Part shown: one piece after another, positions 12,918-21,335 of the stretch
How positions within the stretch are numbered: position 1 is the first letter of the stretch
Layout: the number at the start of each line of letters is the position of its first letter
Source: an uncultured Burkholderiales bacterium
GTDB lineage: Bacteria > Pseudomonadota > Gammaproteobacteria > Burkholderiales > Usitatibacteraceae
Direction of reading: 5' to 3'
Assembly: GCA_964417885.1 (NCBI GenBank)
Contig: CAYQKN010000001.1
Location: 19,905-83,904, forward strand
Length of the DNA: 64,000 nucleotides
Position numbers and translations under genes: made by a program
The notes under the pieces: model-generated
What the model saw: only the letters and a program-made list of their open reading frames with translations
What the model was told of the DNA's origin: nothing
Databases searched by the model: none

Positions 12918-14054
12918 TCATGTAATTTTTTCTGCCAGTCGACGGCCGTATGCGCGCAACGGCTGCTCCAGCAGCCGATGGCTGAGTTCGGCCAGCATCA
13001 CCAGCAAGGCCAAGCCTGCAAGGGCCTGCGCCGGCGCCCATGCCCAGCCGCTGGACGTTTCCTGGGCGCGTGCGAGGCGAAAGAAAATCTCGCTGCTCAT
13101 CATGAACGCCGGCACGTGAATGACATAGATCGCATAGGAACGCGAGCCGATCCAGCTCAACACCGGCTGCAGCCGTTTGGCCGGCAGCACATAGCCTTGC
13201 TGCCAGGTCGCCAGCCACACCCAAGCCGCGCAGACGATTGCCAGCAGTGCGGTACCCGCTGCCTGCTTGAACAGGATTACCGGCATGAACAGGATCGCGG
13301 CAGCCAGCAGTGCATTCGCGCCCCACCTTGCCGGCAGCGCGCCAAGCCAGGTTGGTTGCCACCGCCCGTGCCACGGCGTTCTCACCAGCCACGCCAGCAA
13401 GACGCCCCAGGCCAGCGCATCAAACCGCAATCCCCACCAGGGCTCGACCCAGGGCGCCGGGCGCCAGAGCATGAACTGGCCGACGATGGCGATGGTCATC
13501 AGGATCAGCATGCCGCGCCGGCGAAACGCCAGCAGCAGCAATGGCAGCAGCAGGTAGAACTGCTCCTCCACGGCCAGACTCCAGTAGACGCCGAGCGGGG
13601 CAATATTGACGCCGGCGGCAAACAGCGGATAGGCAAGCCAGTTGTAGACATAGAGCACGATCCACATCGCCTGGTTCAGGTTTTCCCGGAAGCTGCCGAA
13701 TACGCCGGAATCATTGAACGTGGCCGTCGCCAGCAGGACCGCGCCGACCCAAACCCAGGCAAGTGGCAACAGGCGGAACAGGCGACGCACCCAGAACCGC
13801 TTGGCGTCGGCCCAGGAAATACCGGAGCCTTCACCCGCCTTGCCGTGCGCGTCGTTTAACAGCGAAGTGGTCACCACGAACCCGGATATGACGAAGAACA
13901 GGTCAACGCCGCCCCAGAACGCGGCATGGTCGTAGATGAATTTCATCCAGTCCGGCGGCGCGGGCCAGGGCAGCAGGATCGGCAGGTGCTGAAACAGCGT
14001 CAGCAGGATGGCCATCGCCCGAAGGGACTCGATCTCCTCATTGCGGGCGGTCAT
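12918..14054 (-). CDS. acyltransferase family 3 (OafA/YrhL-like) integral membrane protein
   Basis: 378 aa and polytopic. N-terminal IESLRAMAILLTLFQH is followed by about 10 hydrophobic helices, typical of membrane O-acyltransferases. Confidence 0.78.
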   Translation of the reverse strand: MTARNEEIESLRAMAILLTLFQHLPILLPWPAPPDWMKFIYDHAAFWGGVDLFFVISGFVVTTSLLNDAHGKAGEGSGISWADAKRFWVRRLFRLLPLAWVWVGAVLLATATFNDSGVFGSFRENLNQAMWIVLYVYNWLAYPLFAAGVNIAPLGVYWSLAVEEQFYLLLPLLLLAFRRRGMLILMTIAIVGQFMLWRPAPWVEPWWGLRFDALAWGVLLAWLVRTPWHGRWQPTWLGALPARWGANALLAAAILFMPVILFKQAAGTALLAIVCAAWVWLATWQQGYVLPAKRLQPVLSWIGSRSYAIYVIHVPAFMMSSEIFFRLARAQETSSGWAWAPAQALAGLALLVMLAELSHRLLEQPLRAYGRRLAEKIT

Positions 14055-14075
14055 GGCGCTTTCGCAGGGCGCTGA

Positions 14076-14813
14076 TCACGGGTTGATGTGATAACCCTTG
14101 TACAGCGTGTTGTGCGGCTCGCGCAGTTCGTTATCGGGCCGCGAGGTGGTGTAGTAGTACATGGCAATCGACTGGCGGAATTCACCTTCCGGGCATTGAA
14201 GCGGATGCGGATGGCCGTGGAAGGTGTCGGAGCGCGAACTGAATACCACCAGCCGGTTGAATGCCGGCGCGTATTCGCAGACCTTGTTCCGGCAACTGCT
14301 GTCCCACAGCTCCAGGTTGCCGCCCCAGCCTTCCTGCCAGCGCGGATTCAGGTAGACGAACATGTTGACCCGGCGATGCGCCGCGATGTGCTCGGCCCAG
14401 TTGAAATCGGAGTGGATCTGCAACACCCCGCCACGCTTGACCAGGTGCACGCCGCCGCCGTGCAGGTGCGGATCCGGCAGCAGGTGGGGGATGCCGGTCA
14501 GCGCTTCGAGAAACCGTATGTACGGCCCGGAATTGAATTCGTGGACCAGGTGGCGGATCGGCGCGGGCAACGACAAGTCGTCCGATATGGCCCACTTTTC
14601 CTCATAGCCCTTGGCAAAGAAGAAATCCCATTTGCGATCGTTGCCGGGCGCCGGGATCGCAGCGGCGGCCTCGCGTGCCACATCGGCGGGCAGGAAATCA
14701 TCGACAAACGTGTGTGGGAACGGCGCGGCGAGGGCGTAGCCTTCACGGTGCTGGTGGGCAATTTCTAGCAGCTGGGGGTAGTTGAACATGGACGTCGTGA
14801 TCACAATGACCAC
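14076..14813 (-). CDS. 2OG-Fe(II) oxygenase superfamily protein (prolyl-4-hydroxylase-like)
   Basis: 245 aa with a HxD...H facial-triad pattern (LQIHSDFNW ... FHGHPHP) and a downstream basic residue (FRQSIAMYYY). The start is uncertain (GTG 14813 or ATG 14789). Confidence 0.68.
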   Translation of the reverse strand: MVIVITTSMFNYPQLLEIAHQHREGYALAAPFPHTFVDDFLPADVAREAAAAIPAPGNDRKWDFFFAKGYEEKWAISDDLSLPAPIRHLVHEFNSGPYIRFLEALTGIPHLLPDPHLHGGGVHLVKRGGVLQIHSDFNWAEHIAAHRRVNMFVYLNPRWQEGWGGNLELWDSSCRNKVCEYAPAFNRLVVFSSRSDTFHGHPHPLQCPEGEFRQSIAMYYYTTSRPDNELREPHNTLYKGYHINP

Positions 14814-14848
14814 AATTGTTTTAGGGATTTTGTCCTGCCTATTCTACC

Positions 14849-14884
14849 GGCACCTGCAGCCCCACGGGTTTCGACGCAGGTGCC
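14849..14884. promoter_or_regulatory. perfect 9-bp inverted repeat in divergent promoter region
   Basis: GGCACCTGC-18 nt-GCAGGTGCC between the 2OG oxygenase start and the S9 peptidase start. Confidence 0.35.
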
Positions 14885-14951
14885 AAAACCGGTGGATGAT
14901 GCCGATGCCGACGGGTATCATTCGGGCCTGCTCCCGCCACTCTTACAGAAC

Positions 14952-17414
14952 ATGACAAAGCCGATTTCCCTGAGCGGGCTGGCCCTGCTGACGCTGCTGA
15001 TCGCGTCGCCGGCACCTGCGCTTGGCACGGAAAGCAAGCGTTACCAGCTGCCGCCACAGGCGATGGTCGATATGGTCGACGCACCGTTGATTCCGCAAAC
15101 CCAGCTGTCACCGGCGCGCGATTGGCTGATGCTTCTGGAGCGGCCGGCCCTGCCATCGGTGGCGGAACTCGCGCAACCCGAACTGCGGCTGGCAGGCCTG
15201 CGCATCAACCCGCGCAACAATGATCAGAGCCGCACCGGGCAGGCAACCGGTATCAAGCTGATCCGCATTGCCGAGCGGGTTGAAAAGACCATATCCGGCC
15301 TGCCGCCGGGCAGCCGGATCGGCGAGGCGCAGTGGTCGCCAGACGGCAGGCGAATCGCCTTTACCGCCGTACGTGACGGCGCAATTGACCTGATGGTGGC
15401 GGACGTCACCAACGGCGCGGTGGCGAGGAAAGTGATTGATCGTCCGCTCAATGGCGCGCTCGGCCGCGCGTTCACCTGGCACAGCGATTCAAGATCGCTG
15501 CTTGCCAACCTGCTGCCAGCCGGCCGTGGTCCGGCGCCCAAGGCGACGCTGGTGGCTAACGGGCCGCTGATCCAGGAAAATCTCGGCCGCAAGAATGCCG
15601 CGCGCACCTACCAGGGACTGCTCAAGTCGCCGCATGACGAGGCCCTGTTCGAGTATTACGGCAACGCGGAACTGGTCAAGGTTGGCCTTGACGGGCGGGT
15701 CATGCCGCTGGCGTCGGGCATGATCCGGTCGTTCCAGCCTTCGCCCGATGGTGAGTACCTGATGGTCCAGTTCATCAGGCGCCCTTATTCCTATTCCGTG
15801 CCGGTGGCCCGTTTTCCGCTGAAGACCGAAATTCGCGATGCGCGCGAGTCCGATGCCGGCAAGATCATCAAGGTATTGTCTGACCTGCCGCTGGCCGAGG
15901 ACGAAGAACTTGATCCGGATGCCGTCCGGAAGGGGCCGCGCCAATACGCCTGGCGCGGCGATGCAGGCGCCACCATCACCTGGGTGCAGCCGATTGAAGG
16001 CCGCCGCAACAACATACTTGGCGACCAGCTGTTCGCGCTGACTGCGCCATTCGACGCCGAGCCGCAGTCGCTGGCCCGGCTGGAGTTGCGCTACCAGACC
16101 ACCTACTGGGGGCGCGATGATGTCGCGCTGACGGTCGAGATGACGCGCAAGACCCGCCGCATGGTGACCTGGCGCATATTCCCGGGCGACCCCGGACGCG
16201 CGCCGGTCAAGCTGTTCGAACGCTCGTCGGAGGACCGCTATGGTGATCCGGGAACGCCGGTCACCGAATCGAACGCGCGCGGCGGGCGGGTGCTGAATTT
16301 TTCGCCGGACGGCAGGTCGATTTACCTTAGCGGCATCGGTGCATCAGCCGAGGGTGAGCGCCCTTTCATCGACCGTTTCGATCTCGACACGCGCGAGGCG
16401 AAACGCCTGTTCCGTTCCGAGGCGCCCAACTACGATGTGCCGATGGCGCTGTTCGATACCGGCCCGGCGCAGAAGCTGCTGCTGCAGCGCGAAAGCCTGA
16501 GCGAGGCGCCCAACATATATCTGCGCGACCTGGCCAGCGGCGGCATGCAGCCGCTGACGCGCTATGCGACGCCGAAGAATCCGGTTGCCAACGTCAGCAA
16601 GGAAGTGATCCGCTACAAGCGCAAGGACGGCGTGGAGCTCTCCGCCACGCTCTATCTGCCGGCCGGTTACCGGCGCGAGGACGGACCGCTGCCGTTGCTG
16701 ATGTGGGCCTACCCGCGCGAGTTTCGCTCGGCGGACGCGGCAGGGCAGGTGACGGGCTCACCGTTTCGCTACGTGCGGCCAAGCTTCAGCGGGCCGCTGC
16801 CGTTCCTGACCCAGGGCTACGCTGTGCTGGACAACCCGGCCATGCCGATCGTCGGTGAAGGCGGCAATGGCAAGGAACCCAACGATACCTATCTGCCGCA
16901 ATTGATCGCCAGCGCCGAAGCGGCAATCGATGAAGTGGTCAGACGGGGCGTCGCCGACCGCAACAGGATCGCGGTCGGTGGCCATTCGTATGGTGCCTTC
17001 ATGGTCGCCAATCTGCTGGCGCACACCAAACTGTTCGCGGCCGGCATCGCCGAATCCGGCGCCTACAACCGCACCCTGACACCGTTCGGCTTCCAGGCCG
17101 AAGATCGCACCTTCTGGAAAGCACGCGAGGTCTACAGCCAGATGTCGCCGTTCAATTTTGCCGACCAAATCAAGTCCCCGCTGCTGATGATCCATGGCGA
17201 GGCCGACTCCAACGCCGGCACCCACCCGCTGCAAAGCGAACGCTTTTACCAGGCCATTCGCGGTCTTGGCGGCACGGTGCGCCTGGTGATGCTGCCATAT
17301 GAAGATCACGGCTATCGCGGACGGGAATCGGTCCTGCACCGACTCTGGGAAGCGCAGCGCTGGCTGGATAAATACGTCAAAAACGGCGGCAAGGCGGGGC
17401 AAGTAAACCAGTAA
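14952..17414 (+). CDS. secreted S9 family serine peptidase (beta-propeller plus prolyl-oligopeptidase/DPP-type catalytic domain)
   Basis: Start chosen at MTKPISLSGLALLTLLIASPAPALG (signal peptide). Catalytic triad context GGHSYGAFM (Ser), IHGEADSN (Asp), YEDHGY (His). Confidence 0.85.
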   Translation: MTKPISLSGLALLTLLIASPAPALGTESKRYQLPPQAMVDMVDAPLIPQTQLSPARDWLMLLERPALPSVAELAQPELRLAGLRINPRNNDQSRTGQATGIKLIRIAERVEKTISGLPPGSRIGEAQWSPDGRRIAFTAVRDGAIDLMVADVTNGAVARKVIDRPLNGALGRAFTWHSDSRSLLANLLPAGRGPAPKATLVANGPLIQENLGRKNAARTYQGLLKSPHDEALFEYYGNAELVKVGLDGRVMPLASGMIRSFQPSPDGEYLMVQFIRRPYSYSVPVARFPLKTEIRDARESDAGKIIKVLSDLPLAEDEELDPDAVRKGPRQYAWRGDAGATITWVQPIEGRRNNILGDQLFALTAPFDAEPQSLARLELRYQTTYWGRDDVALTVEMTRKTRRMVTWRIFPGDPGRAPVKLFERSSEDRYGDPGTPVTESNARGGRVLNFSPDGRSIYLSGIGASAEGERPFIDRFDLDTREAKRLFRSEAPNYDVPMALFDTGPAQKLLLQRESLSEAPNIYLRDLASGGMQPLTRYATPKNPVANVSKEVIRYKRKDGVELSATLYLPAGYRREDGPLPLLMWAYPREFRSADAAGQVTGSPFRYVRPSFSGPLPFLTQGYAVLDNPAMPIVGEGGNGKEPNDTYLPQLIASAEAAIDEVVRRGVADRNRIAVGGHSYGAFMVANLLAHTKLFAAGIAESGAYNRTLTPFGFQAEDRTFWKAREVYSQMSPFNFADQIKSPLLMIHGEADSNAGTHPLQSERFYQAIRGLGGTVRLVMLPYEDHGYRGRESVLHRLWEAQRWLDKYVKNGGKAGQVNQ

Positions 17415-17478
17415 ACCCCAGCACTGGCGCGGCATTCGGGACGAAAATGGCTGGAAAGGCGCGCCAGTGCTGGGGTTT
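17413..17478 (+). repeat. palindromic extragenic repeat, copy B (best copy)
   Basis: Perfect 19-bp stem AAACCCCAGCACTGGCGCG / CGCGCCAGTGCTGGGGTTT around a 28-nt loop. It starts inside the TAA stop of the peptidase gene. Confidence 0.85.
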
Positions 17479-17501
17479 AATAAATTTGTGCGCTGCAATC
17501 C

Positions 17502-17530
17502 TTGACGGCAATACGGCTTCAAGCCATAAT
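17502..17530 (+). promoter_or_regulatory. sigma70-like promoter for the tRNA(CAT) gene
   Basis: TTGACG-17 nt-CATAAT followed by a GC-rich discriminator (TCGCGCCC), about 40 nt upstream of the tRNA 5-prime end. Confidence 0.5.
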
Positions 17531-17570
17531 TCGCGCCCTTTGGGAGAGAAGTTGTCGCTCTCGAAATAAT

Positions 17571-17647
17571 GGCCAATTAGCTCAGCCGGTTAGAGCGACG
17601 GAATCATAATCCGCAGGTCCCCTGTTCGAATCAGGGATTGGCCACCA
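17571..17647 (+). tRNA. tRNA with CAT anticodon (elongator Met, or lysidine-modified Ile2)
   Basis: Acceptor GGCCAAT/ATTGGCC (G1-C72, so not an initiator), D-arm GCTC AGCCGGTTA GAGC, anticodon loop ATCATAA, T-arm CCCTG TTCGAAT CAGGG, encoded CCA. The acceptor stem resembles E. coli ileX, but identity cannot be settled by eye. Confidence 0.9.
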
Positions 17648-17659
17648 GGACACTCGGAA

Positions 17660-17686
17660 GGGCCAGCGTTGCTGGCCCTTTCTCGT
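17660..17686 (+). terminator. intrinsic terminator after tRNA(CAT)
   Basis: GGGCCAGC-gtt-GCTGGCCC followed by TTTCTCGTT. Confidence 0.6.
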
Positions 17687-17859
17687 TAAGCCACCATAAA
17701 CGGGCTGCGAGGCCCCAATTTGGCGACTCCGCTGCTCATCGGGCACAAGCCCGATTCCGCTGCTCATCGCCAACTTGAAGCCTCTCGCTCCGTTTCTGAT
17801 GGCTTCCATTCGCAAAATCAGCACCTGCCCGGGTTATTCCCCGCCACCAGGAGATAAAG

Positions 17860-19242
17860 ATGTCCGCCGTTATTCCCAAGAAGGTTTTCATCAAGACCTT
17901 CGGCTGCCAGATGAACGAGTACGACTCGGACAAGATGGCCGACGTGTTGAACGCCTTTGAAGGTTATGAGAAGACCGCGACGCCGGAAGACGCGGATGTG
18001 ATTCTCTATAACTCCTGCTCGGTGCGCGAGAAGGCTTCCGAGAAGCTGTTCAGTGACCTGGGGCGAATCCGTGAACTCAAGGACGCAAAGCCGGAACTGC
18101 TGATCGGTGTCGGCGGCTGCGTTGCATCGCAGGAGGGGGATGCGATCGTCGATCGCGCGCCCTATGTCGATCTGGTGTTCGGGCCGCAGACATTGCACCG
18201 CCTGCCGGCGATGATTCGCGCCAAGCGCAGCAGTGGTCAGTCGCAGGTCGATATTTCCTTTCCCGAAGTCGAAAAATTCGATCACCTGCCGCCGGCCCGC
18301 GTGGAAGGCGCGACCGCATTCGTGTCGATCATGGAAGGCTGTTCCAAGTACTGCAGTTTCTGCGTGGTGCCCTACACCCGCGGCGAGGAAATCTCGCGCC
18401 GCTTCGATGCGGTCATGGCAGAAATCAATGCGCTGGTGAAGCAAGGTATTCGCGAGGTGACGCTGCTGGGCCAGAACGTGAATGCCTACGTCGGTGCGAT
18501 GCCAGACGGCGAGCAGGCCGACTTTGCGCTGCTGCTGTCGGCCGTTCACGCAATCCCGGGCCTTGAGCGCATCCGCTACACCACCTCGCATCCGCTGGAG
18601 TTCAACCAGCGGCTGATCGACGCCTACGGCAGGCTGCCCAAGCTGGTCTCGCAGTTGCACCTGCCGGTGCAGTCCGGATCGGACCGGGTGCTGGCGGCGA
18701 TGAAGCGCAACTACACGGTGATGGAGTACAAGTCCATCATTCGCCGCCTGCGTGCGGTGCGCCCTGACATCTCGATCACCAGTGACTTCATCGTTGGTTT
18801 TCCAGGCGAGACGGAAGAAGATTTCGAGCGCACCATGAAGCTGATCGCGGAAATCAATTTCGACGGCAGTTTCTCGTTTGTCTATTCGCGCCGCCCGGGC
18901 ACCCCGGCCGCCAGCCTCAGCGACGATACGCCGCAGGCGGTCAAGCTGCAGCGCCTGCAACGGATGCAGAAACTGCTCGACGCGCAACTGCATGCCCACT
19001 CTGCTGCCATGGTGGGATCAGTACAGCGGGTGCTGGTCGAGGGTGCCTCGCGCAAGGATGAAAACGAACTGATGGGACGCACCGATAACAATCGCGTGGT
19101 GAATTTTCCGGCGGCCGGCGCCGAATCGGCGCGGCTGGTTGGACGCTTTGTCGACGTGACCATCACGTCTGTCAGCCACTACACGCTGCGTGGCGAGATC
19201 GTGGTCAACGAGAGCGTCACCGCAGCAGCAGTCGCGGCCTGA
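17860..19242 (+). CDS. miaB: tRNA-2-methylthio-N6-dimethylallyladenosine synthase
   Basis: 460 aa with N-terminal [14 protein letters not shown], radical-SAM [15 protein letters not shown] and a C-terminal TRAM region. Confidence 0.97.
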   Translation: MSAVIPKKVFIKTFGCQMNEYDSDKMADVLNAFEGYEKTATPEDADVILYNSCSVREKASEKLFSDLGRIRELKDAKPELLIGVGGCVASQEGDAIVDRAPYVDLVFGPQTLHRLPAMIRAKRSSGQSQVDISFPEVEKFDHLPPARVEGATAFVSIMEGCSKYCSFCVVPYTRGEEISRRFDAVMAEINALVKQGIREVTLLGQNVNAYVGAMPDGEQADFALLLSAVHAIPGLERIRYTTSHPLEFNQRLIDAYGRLPKLVSQLHLPVQSGSDRVLAAMKRNYTVMEYKSIIRRLRAVRPDISITSDFIVGFPGETEEDFERTMKLIAEINFDGSFSFVYSRRPGTPAASLSDDTPQAVKLQRLQRMQKLLDAQLHAHSAAMVGSVQRVLVEGASRKDENELMGRTDNNRVVNFPAAGAESARLVGRFVDVTITSVSHYTLRGEIVVNESVTAAAVAA

Positions 19243-19245
19243 AAG

Positions 19246-20220
19246 ATGAAAACACCCACGCTTGAATTTGCCTTTACCCCGGTCGACAACCGCCGCCTGA
19301 TGACGCTGTGCGGATCGATGGACGCCCATATCCGCCAGATCGAGGCGGCGCTCGATGTATCGATTTCGCGCCGCGGCGAGAAGTTTTCCGTCTCCGGTGA
19401 GCGCGAGCGGATCGAACTTGCCGCCAAGGTCCTGAACCGGTTCTACGCCAAGGCGCACAACGACCTGTCGGTGGAGGAAATCCAGCTCGGTATCGTCGAG
19501 ATGAGCCGCGCACGGGACGGCAAGCCGGCGCCGGTAGCCGAGGTGGTCGAGGAGGAAATCGCGCTGCACACGCGGCGTGCCGACCTGCGTGCGCGCACCG
19601 ACCGACAGTCACAGTACATCAGGCAGATGCAGACCCACGACATCACCTTTGGTGTCGGCCCGGCCGGCACCGGCAAGACCTATCTGGCGGTCGCCCAGGC
19701 GGTCGACGCCTTCGAGCGTGACCTGGTGAAGCGTATCGTGCTGACCCGGCCCGCCGTCGAGGCCGGCGAAAAACTGGGCTTTCTGCCCGGAGATCTGACG
19801 CAAAAGACCGACCCGTATCTGCGGCCGCTGTACGACGCGCTCTACGACCTGCTGGGGTTCGACAAGGTCAACCGCATGTTCGAGCGCCAGCAGATCGAAG
19901 TGGCGCCGCTGGCATTCATGCGCGGCCGCACGCTCAACCACTCTTTCATCATTCTCGACGAGGCGCAGAACACGACGCCCGAGCAGATGAAAATGTTCCT
20001 GACCCGGATCGGCTTCGGTACCAAGGCAGTCATCACCGGCGATGTGACGCAGGTTGACCTGAAACACGGCACCACCAGCGGCCTGATCGACGCGCGCAAC
20101 GTGCTGCACGGCATCCGCGGTATCGCCTTCACCATCTTCCAGGCCAATGACGTGGTGCGCCATCCGCTGGTGCAGGCCATCGTCACCGCCTACGAAGCGC
20201 ATCACCGGCAGATCCGCTGA
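19246..20220 (+). CDS. ybeZ: PhoH-like ATPase
   Basis: 324 aa with Walker A GVGPAGTGKTYLAV and Walker B FIILDEAQNTT, in the conserved position after miaB. Confidence 0.93.
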   Translation: MKTPTLEFAFTPVDNRRLMTLCGSMDAHIRQIEAALDVSISRRGEKFSVSGERERIELAAKVLNRFYAKAHNDLSVEEIQLGIVEMSRARDGKPAPVAEVVEEEIALHTRRADLRARTDRQSQYIRQMQTHDITFGVGPAGTGKTYLAVAQAVDAFERDLVKRIVLTRPAVEAGEKLGFLPGDLTQKTDPYLRPLYDALYDLLGFDKVNRMFERQQIEVAPLAFMRGRTLNHSFIILDEAQNTTPEQMKMFLTRIGFGTKAVITGDVTQVDLKHGTTSGLIDARNVLHGIRGIAFTIFQANDVVRHPLVQAIVTAYEAHHRQIR

Positions 20221-21335
20221 TGGCCGTCACCCCGTCCGAACAGGCGCGCGCGGCACTCAAGCGCCAATGCAACCGCCTGGTCACCGGCCACGTTGCGCCG
20301 CGGCCGCAGAACGAACTGCTGGCGATCGCGGACTGGATGTCGGCGCGCGAGTACGACATTGACAATTACGGTACCGGCAAGCTGATTTCCGACTTCGAAG
20401 CCAAGGTCGCCAAGCTGCTCGGCAAGCCTGCCGCACTATTCATGCCCAGCGGCAAGATGGCAACGCTGATCGCGCTCAGGATATGGGCAGACCGCTCGCA
20501 CAATGCCGATTTCGGCATGCATCGGACGGCGCACCTGGAGCTGCACGAGGAGCATGCCTACCGCAAGCTGCACGGCCTGCGCGGGCATTTCATCGGCCGG
20601 CCCGGTGAGCCGATCCTGGCAAATGATTTCAGGCGCCTCGACAAACCGCTGGCGTCGCTCGTCATCGAACTGCCGATGCGCGAGATCGGCGGCAAGCTGC
20701 CGCCGTGGGACGATCTGCTTGAGCAGCGCAAGATCGCGTCGGGGCGCGCCACGCGCTTGCATCTCGACGGCGCGCGTTTGTGGGAAGCCCTGTCGTTCTA
20801 CCCGGGCAAGACCTATGCGGAAATTGCGGCGCTGTTCGACTCGGTCTACGTGTCCTTTTACAAGGGCATCGGCGGGCTCTCCGGCGCGATGCTGCTGGGC
20901 GACGAGGCGTTCATTGCCGAGGCGCGTGTGTGGCTCATCCGCCATGGCGGTACCATTTACCAGCAGTATCCCATCGTCGCCAGCGCCGCGATGCGATTCG
21001 ATGCGCGGCTCGCGCGCATGCCGGAGTATTTTCAGCGCGCGCTGAGCTTTGCCGAGGCGATCAAGTCGCTGCCTGGTGTCACGGTCAACCCGACGGTGCC
21101 GCAGGCCAACATGATGCACCTGCGCTTCGCGGTGCCGGTGCAGAAATGGGAATATGCGCGCGACCACATGGCGGCCAGCGAACGTATCTGGCTGGGCGCG
21201 CCGCGCAAGCTGGATGACAAAGGCGTGGCCGAAGTCGAGATCTATGTCGGCGAGGGCCTGATGAGCCTGACCGACCAAGAAGTGGTCGCGGCGTACCGGC
21301 AGCAGCTGCAGGTGGCGGGAACTGGCGGCGCATGA
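20220..21335 (+). CDS. PLP-dependent threonine-aldolase / beta-eliminating-lyase family protein
   Basis: 371 aa. Colinear with E. coli LtaE landmarks: DNYGTGKLISDFEAKVAKLLGKPAALFMPSGKMATLIAL, LHLDGARLWEA and the PLP-lysine context FDSVYVSFYKGIGGLSGAMLLG. Start overlaps the ybeZ stop (TGATG) and stop overlaps the ybeY start (ATGA). Confidence 0.75.
   Translation: MAVTPSEQARAALKRQCNRLVTGHVAPRPQNELLAIADWMSAREYDIDNYGTGKLISDFEAKVAKLLGKPAALFMPSGKMATLIALRIWADRSHNADFGMHRTAHLELHEEHAYRKLHGLRGHFIGRPGEPILANDFRRLDKPLASLVIELPMREIGGKLPPWDDLLEQRKIASGRATRLHLDGARLWEALSFYPGKTYAEIAALFDSVYVSFYKGIGGLSGAMLLGDEAFIAEARVWLIRHGGTIYQQYPIVASAAMRFDARLARMPEYFQRALSFAEAIKSLPGVTVNPTVPQANMMHLRFAVPVQKWEYARDHMAASERIWLGAPRKLDDKGVAEVEIYVGEGLMSLTDQEVVAAYRQQLQVAGTGGA

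Noticed and set aside
12357-13859. 500-aa ORF on the plus strand.
   Set aside because: It is antisense to kup and to the acyltransferase gene, and it spans their intergenic region. Its composition is strongly Arg/Pro/Gln/Ala-biased, and no domain is recognisable.
12918-17647. tRNA-associated genomic island hypothesis for the acyltransferase, oxygenase and peptidase genes next to tRNA(CAT).
   Set aside because: There is no integrase, recombinase, transposase or phage gene. I could find no direct repeat of the tRNA 3-prime end. The composition does not look obviously different from the flanks by eye. The region is kept only as an accessory-looking cluster in the findings.
17818-18999. 393-aa ORF on the minus strand.
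   Set aside because: It is antisense to miaB, whose radical-SAM motifs are unambiguous.
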